Source of the DNA: Abditibacterium sp.
GTDB lineage: Bacteria > Armatimonadota > Abditibacteriia > Abditibacteriales > Abditibacteriaceae
Direction: 5' to 3'
Length of the DNA stretch: 64,000 nucleotides
Assembly: GCA_965246885.1 (NCBI GenBank)
Contig: OZ251992.1
Location: 800,001-864,000, forward strand
In this document: in pieces, positions 20,214 to 30,002 of the stretch
Numbering within the stretch: position 1 is the stretch's first letter
Layout: the number at the start of each line of letters is the position of its first letter
The notes under the pieces: model-generated
Databases searched by the model: none
The model's input: only the letters and a program-made list of their open reading frames with translations
What the model was told of the DNA's origin: nothing
Translations under genes and position numbers: made by a program

Positions 20214-20285
20214 GATGCTATCAAGAGGCATGACGCCCGCGCAGGTTCGCCGTGCCTTTGTGGGGGAGTTATTGCGCGGCGCCAT

Positions 20286-20867
20286 TTAAGGGAAGGCGTC
20301 GAGAAGTACGGCCCCGTCCCGCTCCAGCGCAGGCCACGACTTCGTGTGGAAGCGGAAACAGCATCGGTTACCCACCGAGGGAGGCGCCCAACTGTGGGCG
20401 ATATGAGCTTCGTGAACACAAGTCCCCAACCACTTGCGCTCGTTCTCGTTCAACTGCGCGGCGTCAAGTTCAATCCACTCCAGCTTTTGCCATTCGATGC
20501 TGCGCTCCGGCCAGACAATGCCTTCTGAGTCGAAGTCAAAGCCCGCTTGCCACGAGGTCACAAAGCCAGAATCCAGTTCCTTGGCTCGGAAAGCGACCGG
20601 CCAGCCCAGCAGTTGCGCGGCAACGGCTTCCCTGTTTTCGGCGCGCGTCGAAGCAATCGTGTCGCTTGTAGCCAATGGCTCCCGCACTTCGCGCTCGTAT
20701 TGCTCCCGTCGCTGCTGCTCGTGCGCTGCCCACTGCTCGGCGGGCAGAGGCTCCATGTTGCTCAGGAGTTCGAGGAAATTAGCCATGATGAGCGCCTCCT
20801 CTTCGTCTTCCTCATATGGCGTTTGCCACTCTTCCTTCGTTTGCGCGCGGCGCTGTTCGAGATTCAT
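20286..20867 (-). CDS. hypothetical protein
   Basis: 193-aa acidic ORF filling the gap between the SDR gene and pdxS. Confidence 0.65.
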   Translation of the reverse strand: MNLEQRRAQTKEEWQTPYEEDEEEALIMANFLELLSNMEPLPAEQWAAHEQQRREQYEREVREPLATSDTIASTRAENREAVAAQLLGWPVAFRAKELDSGFVTSWQAGFDFDSEGIVWPERSIEWQKLEWIELDAAQLNENERKWLGTCVHEAHIAHSWAPPSVGNRCCFRFHTKSWPALERDGAVLLDAFP

Positions 20868-20882
20868 TGGCGCGAAGTTTCC

Positions 20883-21635
20883 TTACAAATGAATCCCACC
20901 TGCGACTTCGATGCGTTGGCCGTTGATCCATCGGGTGTCGTCGGAAAGGAGCGAGGCGATGACGCCGCCGATGTCTTCGGGCTGTCCGACGCGGCCCAAG
21001 GCGGTTTGGGCGGCGATTTGCGCGCTGAGTTGTTCGTTGTCGCGCACATGACCGCCGCCGAAATCGGTCTTGATGGCGCCGGGAGCAACGACGTTGACGG
21101 CGATGCCACGCGCGCCCAATTCTTTTGCCATGTAGCGGCTGAGAACTTCGACGCCGCCTTTCATCGAAGCGTAGGCGCTGGAGCCGGGATAAGAGAAGCG
21201 CGCCAAGCCAGACGAGATGTTGATGATACGCCCGCCATCCGCCATCAACGGCAGCAGCTTTTGCGTCAGGAAAAAGGTGGACTTGAGGTGGACGTTCACC
21301 ATCTGGTCGAACTGCGCTTCAGTTGTTTCCATGAACGGCGCATACAAACCGACGCCCGCGTTGTTGACGAGGAAATCGAAGCTCTCGCGCCCGAACGTCG
21401 TATGGAGCGCTTCTTTGACGCGGCCCGCGAAGGCGTCGAAAGTTTTGGAGTCGGACACATCCAGTTGCAGCGCAACCGCTTTGCGCCCGACGGCTTCGAT
21501 TTGTGCGACGACTGCGCGCGCTTCGTCCTCTTTGGAGTGGTAGGTCAACACCACGTCGCGCCCCGCCCGCGCCAAATGCAGCGCCATCTCTTTGCCCAAG
21601 CCCCGGCTCCCGCCCGTAATCAGTGCGATTTTCAT
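20883..21635 (-). CDS. short-chain dehydrogenase/reductase
   Basis: TGGSRGLG, LVNNAG, YASMK, NVVAPG. Confidence 0.95.
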   Translation of the reverse strand: MKIALITGGSRGLGKEMALHLARAGRDVVLTYHSKEDEARAVVAQIEAVGRKAVALQLDVSDSKTFDAFAGRVKEALHTTFGRESFDFLVNNAGVGLYAPFMETTEAQFDQMVNVHLKSTFFLTQKLLPLMADGGRIINISSGLARFSYPGSSAYASMKGGVEVLSRYMAKELGARGIAVNVVAPGAIKTDFGGGHVRDNEQLSAQIAAQTALGRVGQPEDIGGVIASLLSDDTRWINGQRIEVAGGIHL

Positions 21636-21695
21636 ATTCGGTACGGTTGCGTGCGTGCTTCGTGCCATCCGGAGAAGAATCGCGGTGTCACGGGC

Positions 21696-22418
21696 TTAAG
21701 GCGATGGAACTTCGGGGCCGGTAACGCCTGCGCGGTAGCCTTTGCCATTCCATGTGTGCGGCGTGAAGCGCGACGTGTTTTGGTTGCTGTCGTAAGATTG
21801 ATGCATCAAAAAGAAGCGTCCATCCGTTCCCCGCGCCGGTAGATAACGCTCGCCGCCGCCGGGTTCGCTCATGGTGGTGCAATCGTCCGAGAACGCTTGA
21901 CCGCGTAGGCCACTCGGCAAGGTTACCACGATCATCGGCTCGGAAGAAGACGAAAACGAGGCGTTTTCAGACGACCACTCTACAACCAATACGCTCCCGC
22001 GATGGGCGCGCGTGTCAAAGGGCGTTGTGCGAACACTCATCCCCATTACGCCTTGACTTTGAACGTCGCCCAGCACCGCGCGGTTGACGCGGCGGGGGGT
22101 CTTCGAACGCGAGCGTTTGCCTGCGCGCGATGCGAAGCGCGGCGCCGCTATCGGTGCAAAGATGTCTAGCGTAGTGCGAGGATTGTCGCCAATTTGCCAG
22201 CCGTGTAGTAATACCACGACCCCTTCGAGTTGCACGCGTTGGCAGAACAGGGTCTTCGCGCCGCGTGGTAGTCCAGCCCGAACAACGGCAGGCGCCGCCA
22301 CAATTCGAGCAGCTTGCAGTGTCGGTTTCGAGAAAACCGGCGCAGTTTGGGCGCCTGCTTGCGCCCAAAGGCCGCAAGTCAGGGCAAAGGCGAGAATGAT
22401 AGGATGAGAGCGTTTCAT
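21696..22418 (-). CDS. hypothetical secreted protein
   Basis: Signal peptide MKRSHPIILAFALTCGLWAQAGA. ATG at 22418. Confidence 0.7.
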   Translation of the reverse strand: MKRSHPIILAFALTCGLWAQAGAQTAPVFSKPTLQAARIVAAPAVVRAGLPRGAKTLFCQRVQLEGVVVLLHGWQIGDNPRTTLDIFAPIAAPRFASRAGKRSRSKTPRRVNRAVLGDVQSQGVMGMSVRTTPFDTRAHRGSVLVVEWSSENASFSSSSEPMIVVTLPSGLRGQAFSDDCTTMSEPGGGERYLPARGTDGRFFLMHQSYDSNQNTSRFTPHTWNGKGYRAGVTGPEVPSP

Positions 22419-22444
22419 GTGAGAAAAATCGGCAGCGCGGCGCT

Positions 22445-23326
22445 TCACGGAAAAAGCTGGTCGCAGCGTTCGCGCGCAAAAGTTTGAAGGCCCTCGTCCA
22501 ACGCACGGAGCGGAAGCGGCAACAGCGCGGTGGGAAACGGGGCGGCGCTTCGCCATGCCCCCACCAGTTGAAGATGCAACTCCATGAAATGCTGCGTGTC
22601 GCAATCTACGGCGAGCGCGAAGAACAAATGCGCGTAGTCGTCGGGCTGCTCCCAGAAGTTAAGTAGCCAGTAAGCCGCGAGCGCATTGTGCCGCTTTAGC
22701 ACGTCGCGCAATACTCCCAAGGCGGGTTCGGGCGGCAAACCGGCGACGGGACGCATCACCTCGGCCTCGCCACAAGGAACAGGCGCATCCGGGTTCGCGG
22801 GCACGAAGTTGCGCGCCAAAACGCGAAAGGCGAGCGGCGGTAGCGTCATCTCGTCGGGCGAGTTCGGGTTGACGAGTAGCTTTTCGACTCCGAAGTTAGC
22901 GGCCATATCGCACGCGGTTTGGCCAGCCACAAGCGCGACAGAAAGCGTGTCGCCCTCGACGGGTAGCGAACCTTTGAAGGCGACCCGAATATGTTCGGGA
23001 CTGGTGAAGGCGTAAAACGCGGTTTCTTCCCGGAACACCATCGCGTGAACGCGGCGACCTTCGGCGGTTTCGAGGTCAGCATCGAAGACCGGCACCCATA
23101 GCTTCGCGCTTAAGAGCGCCCGCCACATTGCGCCGTGATCGCTTTGCGCCGCGCGCCGCAGGGTTTGTATCGCGGCTTCAAGTTCGGCGTTTTGTGGCAG
23201 TTGATCGTGGGTGCGACTGCTGCCCAAAAGCATCAAGCGCGGCGTGCCTTCGATAAGCGTCGCGGCGGAAACGATGGGATTGTCTCGCGGCGCGGCGTCC
23301 TGTTTCTTGAAGAGGTTCCACATCAT
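22445..23326 (-). CDS. SseB-like domain protein
   Basis: ALLSAKLWVP...YAFTS...LLVNPNS pattern resembles the SseB N-terminal domain. Confidence 0.55.
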   Translation of the reverse strand: MMWNLFKKQDAAPRDNPIVSAATLIEGTPRLMLLGSSRTHDQLPQNAELEAAIQTLRRAAQSDHGAMWRALLSAKLWVPVFDADLETAEGRRVHAMVFREETAFYAFTSPEHIRVAFKGSLPVEGDTLSVALVAGQTACDMAANFGVEKLLVNPNSPDEMTLPPLAFRVLARNFVPANPDAPVPCGEAEVMRPVAGLPPEPALGVLRDVLKRHNALAAYWLLNFWEQPDDYAHLFFALAVDCDTQHFMELHLQLVGAWRSAAPFPTALLPLPLRALDEGLQTFARERCDQLFP

Positions 23327-23473
23327 ATCGCTCTGTTTGTTTTTGACGACGCGCGACCTTCGCCACTCGCCTATCCTTACACTGACAAGTGCTTTTGGCT
23401 CGCGCGCGGGCTTGCTTTGTACCGCGCTTTACCCGATGCCAGTTCCGGCATCGGTGCGCGACGTGATGCTGAA

Positions 23474-24382
23474 CTAACTGGGAAAGCCCGAATCGCCCGG
23501 CGTGATGTCAGGGTTGAGGAACTCTTTGATGGTCTCCGAAACGGACACGTTTTGCGGCACGCAGTAGTTCGCGGGCACATCGAACTCAGCGCTACGCCTT
23601 AAAAGGTAGCCCCATTTAGATGGGGAGTACAGCTCTGCGGTATAACGGCCCGGCGGCGCGAAGATTTTGAAGTCGCCGTTGCCATCTACGTGGCCGGTAT
23701 ATCCGGATACCCCTCCCTGCACACCGCCGAGAGCCGTCGAGTCGTCGTAAAGCAGCACTTGGCCATCGGTGCGCCTCAGCCACACTTGCCATGTCGTCGG
23801 GTCGAGCGCGGCTTTCAAATCGTTTTCGCTCAGTTGGTTTTTCGCTTTGATGCGCGCCCGCAGTGCGGGCGTGACCTGAGCAGTGTGACCGTAAGCGCCG
23901 CCTGTGGGTTTAGGACGGTTGATTTCGATTGTAACGTTTTGGCGCGTGTAAAATCCTTCGGCAACCGGTTTGAAGTCGCTTATGGCCAGACCTGACGCAG
24001 ATTGCCCGTCCTTGGCGACGATGCCCACCATATACACACCGGGAGCAACCGAAACCTTGAAGTCCCCATGTGCATCGAGCCGCCCTTTGGCGACGAGATG
24101 CATACCGTTTGCGAAGACGCCGATCTCAACTCCTTCCTGACCTGCCGCCCGTTCACTTTGGCTGTCCGGTTCGCCCTGCGTGTGAACGAACAGCGTGCCA
24201 TAAACGCCCTGAGAAACCGCAACCGGTGCGCCGGGCTTGCGGCCCGGTTTGGCGGATTTCGTGGTGGGCGATGGCTGGCGCGGCGCGCTTTGCGCCGCGT
24301 TTTCCAACATGCCGCAACCCGACAGCGCGCTCAGGATCGCAAGCGCGGCCAACCCCCCACGATTGTTTTTGCTTTTCATCAT
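23474..24382 (-). CDS. lipoprotein with two related beta-sandwich (carboxypeptidase-regulatory-like) domains
   Basis: Lipobox LSGC. Repeated segments DAHGDFKVSVAPGVY..QNVTI and DGNGDFKIFAPPGRY..QNVSV. Confidence 0.7.
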   Translation of the reverse strand: MMKSKNNRGGLAALAILSALSGCGMLENAAQSAPRQPSPTTKSAKPGRKPGAPVAVSQGVYGTLFVHTQGEPDSQSERAAGQEGVEIGVFANGMHLVAKGRLDAHGDFKVSVAPGVYMVGIVAKDGQSASGLAISDFKPVAEGFYTRQNVTIEINRPKPTGGAYGHTAQVTPALRARIKAKNQLSENDLKAALDPTTWQVWLRRTDGQVLLYDDSTALGGVQGGVSGYTGHVDGNGDFKIFAPPGRYTAELYSPSKWGYLLRRSAEFDVPANYCVPQNVSVSETIKEFLNPDITPGDSGFPS

Positions 24383-24417
24383 TTGCGGTTGGTCATCCAG
24401 ATTTCGCTGTTGAAGCG

Positions 24418-25275
24418 TTATTTCAACACCAGACCCGCATCGGTAAAGCGCATCCGTTCAGGCGAGATGTTGAACGCTTGTTTCAAGTTGTCGCGCGCGA
24501 GGGAGCGGCCCAGTTTGATCGTCTTCTCGTCGTGGTGCTGCCCGCCCGCGACGACGGTGAACTCTGCCATAACAGGCCAGATTAGCAGAGTCTCATACGT
24601 CAGTTGCTTGTCGTGATCGTTTAGCACCGCAAAGTTCTGATCCCTCAAGAGCAGGCCGCGCACTTGTTCGCGGAGCGCCTTCGTTTGCGCTTCAGTGGGC
24701 GGTGTGGGCGGGCCTTTGCGATGCAAATTAGTAAGCGCCACTTCGCGCGACACCGTCAGGTAATACGACACCGCGCGCGACACATCGTTCATTTGCAGGC
24801 TTTTGTCGGGGTTCTTCGAGAGGTCTCCCTTGGCGGCCTGCAAGCAGAAGTTCAGAAACTTCTCGGCCTCGGCGGGATCGCCCTTGCCCGCGATGGCGCG
24901 GGCGAACAGTTTGGGCGCGAGCGAGGGCGCAACCGGCTTGAACAAAAGCACCGACGCGGGCGCTTTGGGCGCGGGTTTATCCGTCGAAGCGGCGCCTTCG
25001 GGTGCGGCGGTTTGGCCTCGCCCCCTTTGCTGCGAACGCTCCGACCGCGAACGCTCTATCGCTTGATCCACAAGCAAGTCCGTCGTTCGTTGGTCGCCTT
25101 GCCGAACCACGTTGAAATAGTCGTTCCAACGCTGCGTCTGGTTTTCAAAGAGTTGCGATTGGCTCCAGGGATTGTATTCGTAGTTGCCCGTAGAAGGGTT
25201 GAAACTGGTATCGGCGCGCGCCATCGGCGTCAGCGATAGCAAGACAAGTGCGCCCAAAAGAAGTTGACGTTTCAT
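24418..25275 (-). CDS. secreted protein, DUF6683-like
   Basis: Signal peptide ..MARA. Paralogous to 25290..26141 (D.SRA, P.EAQ..ALR, KQ..ETL.I, GLV). Confidence 0.75.
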   Translation of the reverse strand: MKRQLLLGALVLLSLTPMARADTSFNPSTGNYEYNPWSQSQLFENQTQRWNDYFNVVRQGDQRTTDLLVDQAIERSRSERSQQRGRGQTAAPEGAASTDKPAPKAPASVLLFKPVAPSLAPKLFARAIAGKGDPAEAEKFLNFCLQAAKGDLSKNPDKSLQMNDVSRAVSYYLTVSREVALTNLHRKGPPTPPTEAQTKALREQVRGLLLRDQNFAVLNDHDKQLTYETLLIWPVMAEFTVVAGGQHHDEKTIKLGRSLARDNLKQAFNISPERMRFTDAGLVLK

Positions 25276-25289
25276 AGATTTGCTTGCTC

Positions 25290-26141
25290 CTACGAGATGA
25301 CGAGTCCCCCCTCGTCGAAGGCCAAGCGCTTGGGGTCAACGCCGACCATGCCTTTGAGATTGATGTCGGCAAGCCCGCGAAAGCCCGTCTTGACTTGCTC
25401 GCGCTTGGAAGCTTCCAACTTGGGCGCGACGTTCTCGATGCCGTAGTCCACCAAGAAGGTGAGAATAACGAGGGTTTCGTTCATCTCCTGCTTTTGCGCG
25501 TTGCTCAGGGCGCGAAACGACTTATCTTCCGATAGCGCGGTGCGAATCTTGCCGCGCAGGGCGCCGATTTGCGCTTCGCTGGGAAGCGTGCCGGAGCGGT
25601 GGTAGTAGTTGGCCGCGATGCAAAACGCAAGAGTGCGCGCGATGTCGGTCGCGGGCGCGTTCAGTTGCTTCGAGCGGTCTTTATAGCCGTTCACGAAAAT
25701 GGTAAACAGCTTCTCAAAGGCGGCGCGGTTCTCCGGGTGCTTGGTGCCATCGGCAAAGGCGGCGGCCAAACGCGCGGGCATCACAGATTTTCCGGTGTGA
25801 TACATGGTGCCCTGATACTTGGCGAAGCGCACCGCCTCGGAACGCTCGCGCACGGGTATGGCTTTAAGGCGCGCCGCGCGGCGGCTTGAAGCGGAACTGT
25901 GGGAACCGGCGCGACTATGAATGCGCGATTCCGCCATGAGCAATTGGGAGTTCATCAGCGAGTTGCTGTAAATCCGGTTGATGTTCGACTGGTAGATCTG
26001 GGTCATCGTGTTGTTATACGGGTTGACCCAGCCGCTCGAATAATAGTTGTTGCTCATGTCCAACTGGGCCTGAGCGCGTGGCGCGAGGACGCCCACCAAC
26101 AGCGTACCGCTCAAAGCGGCGGCGAAGAGAGACTTGTTCAT
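25290..26141 (-). CDS. secreted protein, DUF6683-like
   Basis: Signal peptide ..RAQA. DIARTLAF, PSEAQIGALR, KQEMNETLVI, GVDPKRLAFDEGGLV. Confidence 0.75.
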   Translation of the reverse strand: MNKSLFAAALSGTLLVGVLAPRAQAQLDMSNNYYSSGWVNPYNNTMTQIYQSNINRIYSNSLMNSQLLMAESRIHSRAGSHSSASSRRAARLKAIPVRERSEAVRFAKYQGTMYHTGKSVMPARLAAAFADGTKHPENRAAFEKLFTIFVNGYKDRSKQLNAPATDIARTLAFCIAANYYHRSGTLPSEAQIGALRGKIRTALSEDKSFRALSNAQKQEMNETLVILTFLVDYGIENVAPKLEASKREQVKTGFRGLADINLKGMVGVDPKRLAFDEGGLVIS

Positions 26142-26154
26142 GGTAAAAGTCTGG

Positions 26155-26712
26155 TCAGACGTTGCGCACTGCTCCATCGAGAAGACACATCCACACCAAC
26201 TGGTCGGCGACGCCCTTGGTGTTCACGTTTTTGTGGGCGAAGCGAAACGCATCTTGCATGGCGCGCAGGCTCGCTTCCGTTTGGCGCCCAAATACGCCGT
26301 CGAGTGCCACAGAAGGCGGGGCCGGTTCGTAACTGGTATTGTTGAGGAGGGTTTGCAGGGCGCGCACTGCATCGCCGCTCGCGCCGCGCCGCAATGTTGG
26401 GCAGAGCGCCGCCCACGTTTTTGGCCCGACCACGCCGTCGGCGCTCAAGCCGTGCGCGCGCTGGAACTTCTTCACGGCGGCTTCGGTTTGCTGTCCAAAC
26501 GTGCCGTCCACGTCGCAACGATAGCCGCGCGCCCGCAACAGATATTGCAGCGCGCGAATGGTGTTGTCAAAGGCTTCGGTATCCGAATGTCTCGAAAGGC
26601 GCGGCCACTGCGTGTCCCTTTGCGCGCGTGCGCAAGGCGTGAAGTGAGGCGCAAGCACACTCGGCGCCAGAAGAGACGCGCCCACAAGAAATAGAAGGTG
26701 TCGTTTCATCAT
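26155..26712 (-). CDS. secreted peptidoglycan-binding protein (two PG_binding_1 domains)
   Basis: IRALQYLL..VDGTFGQQTEAAVKKFQ..GLSADGVVGPKTW, then a second repeat VRALQTLL..LDGVFGRQT. Confidence 0.9.
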   Translation of the reverse strand: MMKRHLLFLVGASLLAPSVLAPHFTPCARAQRDTQWPRLSRHSDTEAFDNTIRALQYLLRARGYRCDVDGTFGQQTEAAVKKFQRAHGLSADGVVGPKTWAALCPTLRRGASGDAVRALQTLLNNTSYEPAPPSVALDGVFGRQTEASLRAMQDAFRFAHKNVNTKGVADQLVWMCLLDGAVRNV

Positions 26713-26768
26713 GTCCCTTTCAAACGGTTCGCCTTTATAGCTGCAAACCGAAAGCCAATCCCGTCATA

Positions 26769-27365
26769 TTATAATTCCCGGCGCCCCCGGAGCGCCCCGG
26801 CAATGGTCACTTGGTCGGCGTAATCCAAGTCGCCGCCAAAAGGGAGGCCGCGCGCGAGTTGGGTCACTTTGACGCCGTGCGGGTCGAGGGCGCGGGCGAC
26901 GAGGCTGCCCGTCGTTTCGCCTTCGACAGTCGGGGACAAGGCGAGGATAACCTCACTGATGGATTCTTTGGGAAGGCGGACAACCAATTCGCTGATGTGG
27001 AGCTTTTCTGGCCCGATGCCTTCAAGTGGGTTGAACAGGCCGCCCAAGACGTGATACCTGCCGAAGAACTCGTTGGAGTTTTCGATGGCCAAGACATCGC
27101 GCGCTTCGGCAACGACGCACAAGAGGCCGTTTTCGCGCTTGGGGCTGGCGCAGATGTCGCAGATCTCCACGTCGGTGAAGTTGCCGCAGTTGTCGCACGG
27201 GCGGATTTTGGCCTTCACGTCGCGGATGGCGCCCGCCAAGTCTTCGTTCTGCTGTTTGTCACGGCGCAGGAGCGCAAACGCAAGGCGCTGCGCCGACTTT
27301 GGCCCGACGCCGGGGAGCTTTTCGAGTTCGTAGAGCAGGGCTTCGAGGGGGCGGGGATAAAGCAT
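26769..27365 (-). CDS. recR: recombination mediator RecR
   Basis: LPGVGPKSAQRLA, CDNC..CDIC zinc finger, GRYHVLGG, EGETT, GGDLDYAD. Confidence 0.97.
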   Translation of the reverse strand: MLYPRPLEALLYELEKLPGVGPKSAQRLAFALLRRDKQQNEDLAGAIRDVKAKIRPCDNCGNFTDVEICDICASPKRENGLLCVVAEARDVLAIENSNEFFGRYHVLGGLFNPLEGIGPEKLHISELVVRLPKESISEVILALSPTVEGETTGSLVARALDPHGVKVTQLARGLPFGGDLDYADQVTIAGALRGRREL

Positions 27366-27377
27366 TTCGGGTCGCCA

Positions 27378-27448
27378 AAGAACCCAGAGCGTAAGCGACA
27401 GGCACGCACAAGTGTTTAGCGTGCCCGTCGCTTACGCTCTGGGTTCTT
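27378..27448. repeat. 30-bp inverted repeat (REP/MITE-like palindrome)
   Basis: aagaacccagagcgtaagcgacaggcacgc, 11-nt loop, gcgtgcccgtcgcttacgctctgggttctt. One mismatch. Confidence 0.9.
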
Positions 27449-27773
27449 AGAAAATGCCCTTGGGAAGGGAACCCATCAGGCCTGCGGGCATGGCGGCGTT
27501 CATTTTGTCGGTCTTGTGCTTTTCGGCTTTGTCGGCGGCTTCGCGCAGGGCCGAGACGACGAGGTCTTGCAGCATCTCGATGTCGGAGGGGTCAACGATT
27601 TCGGGGGCGAGCTTGATGTCGAGGATTTCGCCTTTGCCGTTGGTCGAGATTTTGACCATGCCGCCGCCGGAGGAGGTTTCGAGGCGGGTGTTTTCGAGTT
27701 CTTCTTGGGCACGCGCCATGTCTTCTTGCATCTTTTGAACTTGCTTTTGTAAGCCGGGAATGTTGGGTAGCAT
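27447..27773 (-). CDS. ybaB: YbaB/EbfC nucleoid-associated protein
   Basis: QKMQEDM..AQEEL, SGGGMV, DIEMLQDLVVSA. Directly upstream of recR. Confidence 0.95.
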   Translation of the reverse strand: MLPNIPGLQKQVQKMQEDMARAQEELENTRLETSSGGGMVKISTNGKGEILDIKLAPEIVDPSDIEMLQDLVVSALREAADKAEKHKTDKMNAAMPAGLMGSLPKGIF

Positions 27774-27845
27774 TGATGTTCCTTGGAAACGCGCCCAGTT
27801 TAACTACGCGCGGCGCAAAGGCCCAAACTAAGGAGTAGATTTCTT

Positions 27846-29180
27846 ATGGCTCATTTCCGCTACGAAGGGTTCGACCAACTGGGCAAAGCGCGGCGCGGCA
27901 CCGTTGAGGCGGGCGACCAGAACTCCGCACTCGTCGGCATCCGCTCGCAAGGCGTCAACCCCACGCGCGTCGAACCCATCGCCGCGCCCGTTCCGCGTCC
28001 CCGCCCGCAAGTCGCGCCCTTCGCCCCGCCCCCCGAAGTCGAAGCGCCCTTGCCCGAAGCGCCGCAACGCTTTATTCCCGGCACGTCCGGCTCGCGGCCC
28101 AACCCCGGCACGAGCGCTTCAGCCATGCTCCCGCGCCAGCCGCTTTTGCGCTGCAACTCCCGCGACATGGCGCTTTTCTACCGCAACATGGCTTCGCTTA
28201 TCAACGCTGGAACCGGCATCGGTGCAGCCTTGAAATCTATGTCAACGGCGGCGTCCAACGGCGCGCTGCGCCGCGCGTGCGCGCAAATGGCGGAGCGCTC
28301 CATGACCGGCACGCCGATGAGCGACATGATGCCCGCCTTCCCCGGCGTCTTTTCGCCGTTGCAAAATGGCATCGTCGCGGCAGGCGAGCGCGGCGGCCTC
28401 CTTGTCGCCGCGTTTGAGCGACTTGCTAACTATTGCGAGCGCGATCACGAACTGCGGACGATGGTGATAGGCCAACTGGCTCATCCCGGAATCGTTGCCA
28501 TCGCTGCGCTTTTTATTCCCTCCATCGTCACCCTCGTGCTGCTGGGCGGGCACGCTTGGGCGGTGGGCATGGTGCCGGTCATCGAACGCATCGTGGCCTT
28601 CATTCTGCTGCTCGTTGTGTGGCACTACGCTAAGCCTTTCGTTCCCTCTGAGAATCCCGTTAAGGCGGTGTGGGATCGGGTGCGCCTTCAAATTCCTGTC
28701 TTCGGGCGGGTCGTGCGTAGCTTGGCCACCGCCAAGTTTTGCCGTTCGTATGGCGCGCTTTATAGTGCGGGCGTTGGCCCCGGCGAAGCAATTCGGCTTT
28801 CGGCGGTGGCGTGTGGAAATATGGCTATCGGCACGGACTCGGTAGCGCAAATTTCCAACATTGAAAAAGGAAGTTCGCTCACTCAAGCACTGCGTTCAAC
28901 CAACCACTTCCCGCCATTGTCTTTGCAGATGATGCAAATCGGCGAGCAGACGGGCGACATTGACACCTCAATGGACAAAGTCGCTGATTTCTTGGAGCAG
29001 GACGCCGAATCTGCCATCCGCAGAGCTATTCCCTTGATAGGCATTTTGATGCTCCTGTTTGTGGCTTACTTCCTTGTGCTGCCGCAATTGAAGCAGATGG
29101 TCGAGTTCATCAGCAAAATCTACGACAACGCCGCTGACCCTGATGGTTCGTCAACGACCCCAACTTTTGGCGCACAGTAA
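27846..29180 (+). CDS. pilC: type II secretion F / PilC inner-membrane platform protein
   Basis: N-terminal F.Y.G.D..G...G.VEA, two T2SSF domains (AGERGGLL..FERLA; MMQIGEQTGDID). Confidence 0.88.
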   Translation: MAHFRYEGFDQLGKARRGTVEAGDQNSALVGIRSQGVNPTRVEPIAAPVPRPRPQVAPFAPPPEVEAPLPEAPQRFIPGTSGSRPNPGTSASAMLPRQPLLRCNSRDMALFYRNMASLINAGTGIGAALKSMSTAASNGALRRACAQMAERSMTGTPMSDMMPAFPGVFSPLQNGIVAAGERGGLLVAAFERLANYCERDHELRTMVIGQLAHPGIVAIAALFIPSIVTLVLLGGHAWAVGMVPVIERIVAFILLLVVWHYAKPFVPSENPVKAVWDRVRLQIPVFGRVVRSLATAKFCRSYGALYSAGVGPGEAIRLSAVACGNMAIGTDSVAQISNIEKGSSLTQALRSTNHFPPLSLQMMQIGEQTGDIDTSMDKVADFLEQDAESAIRRAIPLIGILMLLFVAYFLVLPQLKQMVEFISKIYDNAADPDGSSTTPTFGAQ

Positions 29181-29972
29181 ATGAGCAACGACGACCCATA
29201 CTTCGTTTTAGGCGTGGCGCGCACCTGTTCCGGGGAGGAACTCAAGCTCGCTTACCGCAAGTTGGCGCGCGAGAACCACCCCGACATGGCGCGCGACAAA
29301 GGGGCCGCCACCATCCGTATGACGCGCATCAATGCGGCGTGGGCGCTGGTCGGCGACCCACAAAAACGCTCCGCGTTCGATGCGCGCTGGCGTTTGGACG
29401 AACTCGACCGCGCCCGCCGCGCCGAGCCAATCCGCGCCGCCAGCGTTCCCAAACCCCCTGCGCCGCCCCCATCCACCCCAACTAAAACCGCCCCGCCGCC
29501 GCGACCGCCCAAAGCCGAAGCGCCCCCGCCCGCACCCCCCCAAACCAAATCGAAAGCCGCCCCGCGCCGCCCCGCGTCGGTTTCGACCGGTGCCGCCCGC
29601 CACGCGCGCTTGGCCGAAGCCTCCCGCCTCCTCTTCAAACAGAACAAGCCCAACGAGGCGCTCGACGTGTGCAAGTCCATCCTCAAAAGCGACTTCCGCA
29701 ACATCCCCGCGCGCGAACTGATGGGCGAAGCCTACCTGCGCTTGGGCCAAACCGACCGCGCCCTCGCCGTCTGGGAGCAAGCCCTCGTGCTCGCGCCCGC
29801 CAACATTACCCTGCGCCGTCGCTGGCTCAGCCTCATGACCCCCGAAACCCGCGCCGTTTACGAGCAAAGGGTCGCCTTGCCCAAGTCCGCTCCCGTTGCC
29901 ACTAACCTGCCGCGCCCCAAAACTTCGCCCAGTCTCCTCTCGCGGCTGGTGGGGAAACTCAAGCGGCGTTAG
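29181..29972 (+). CDS. J-domain protein with Pro-rich linker and TPR
   Basis: DPYFVLGV..YRKLARENHPD..INAAW..LVGDP, TPR-like ELMGEAYLRLGQTDRALAVWEQAL. Confidence 0.88.
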   Translation: MSNDDPYFVLGVARTCSGEELKLAYRKLARENHPDMARDKGAATIRMTRINAAWALVGDPQKRSAFDARWRLDELDRARRAEPIRAASVPKPPAPPPSTPTKTAPPPRPPKAEAPPPAPPQTKSKAAPRRPASVSTGAARHARLAEASRLLFKQNKPNEALDVCKSILKSDFRNIPARELMGEAYLRLGQTDRALAVWEQALVLAPANITLRRRWLSLMTPETRAVYEQRVALPKSAPVATNLPRPKTSPSLLSRLVGKLKRR

Positions 29973-30002
29973 GGCGTGGAACGCCGCACCATACTCTAAC
30001 CA

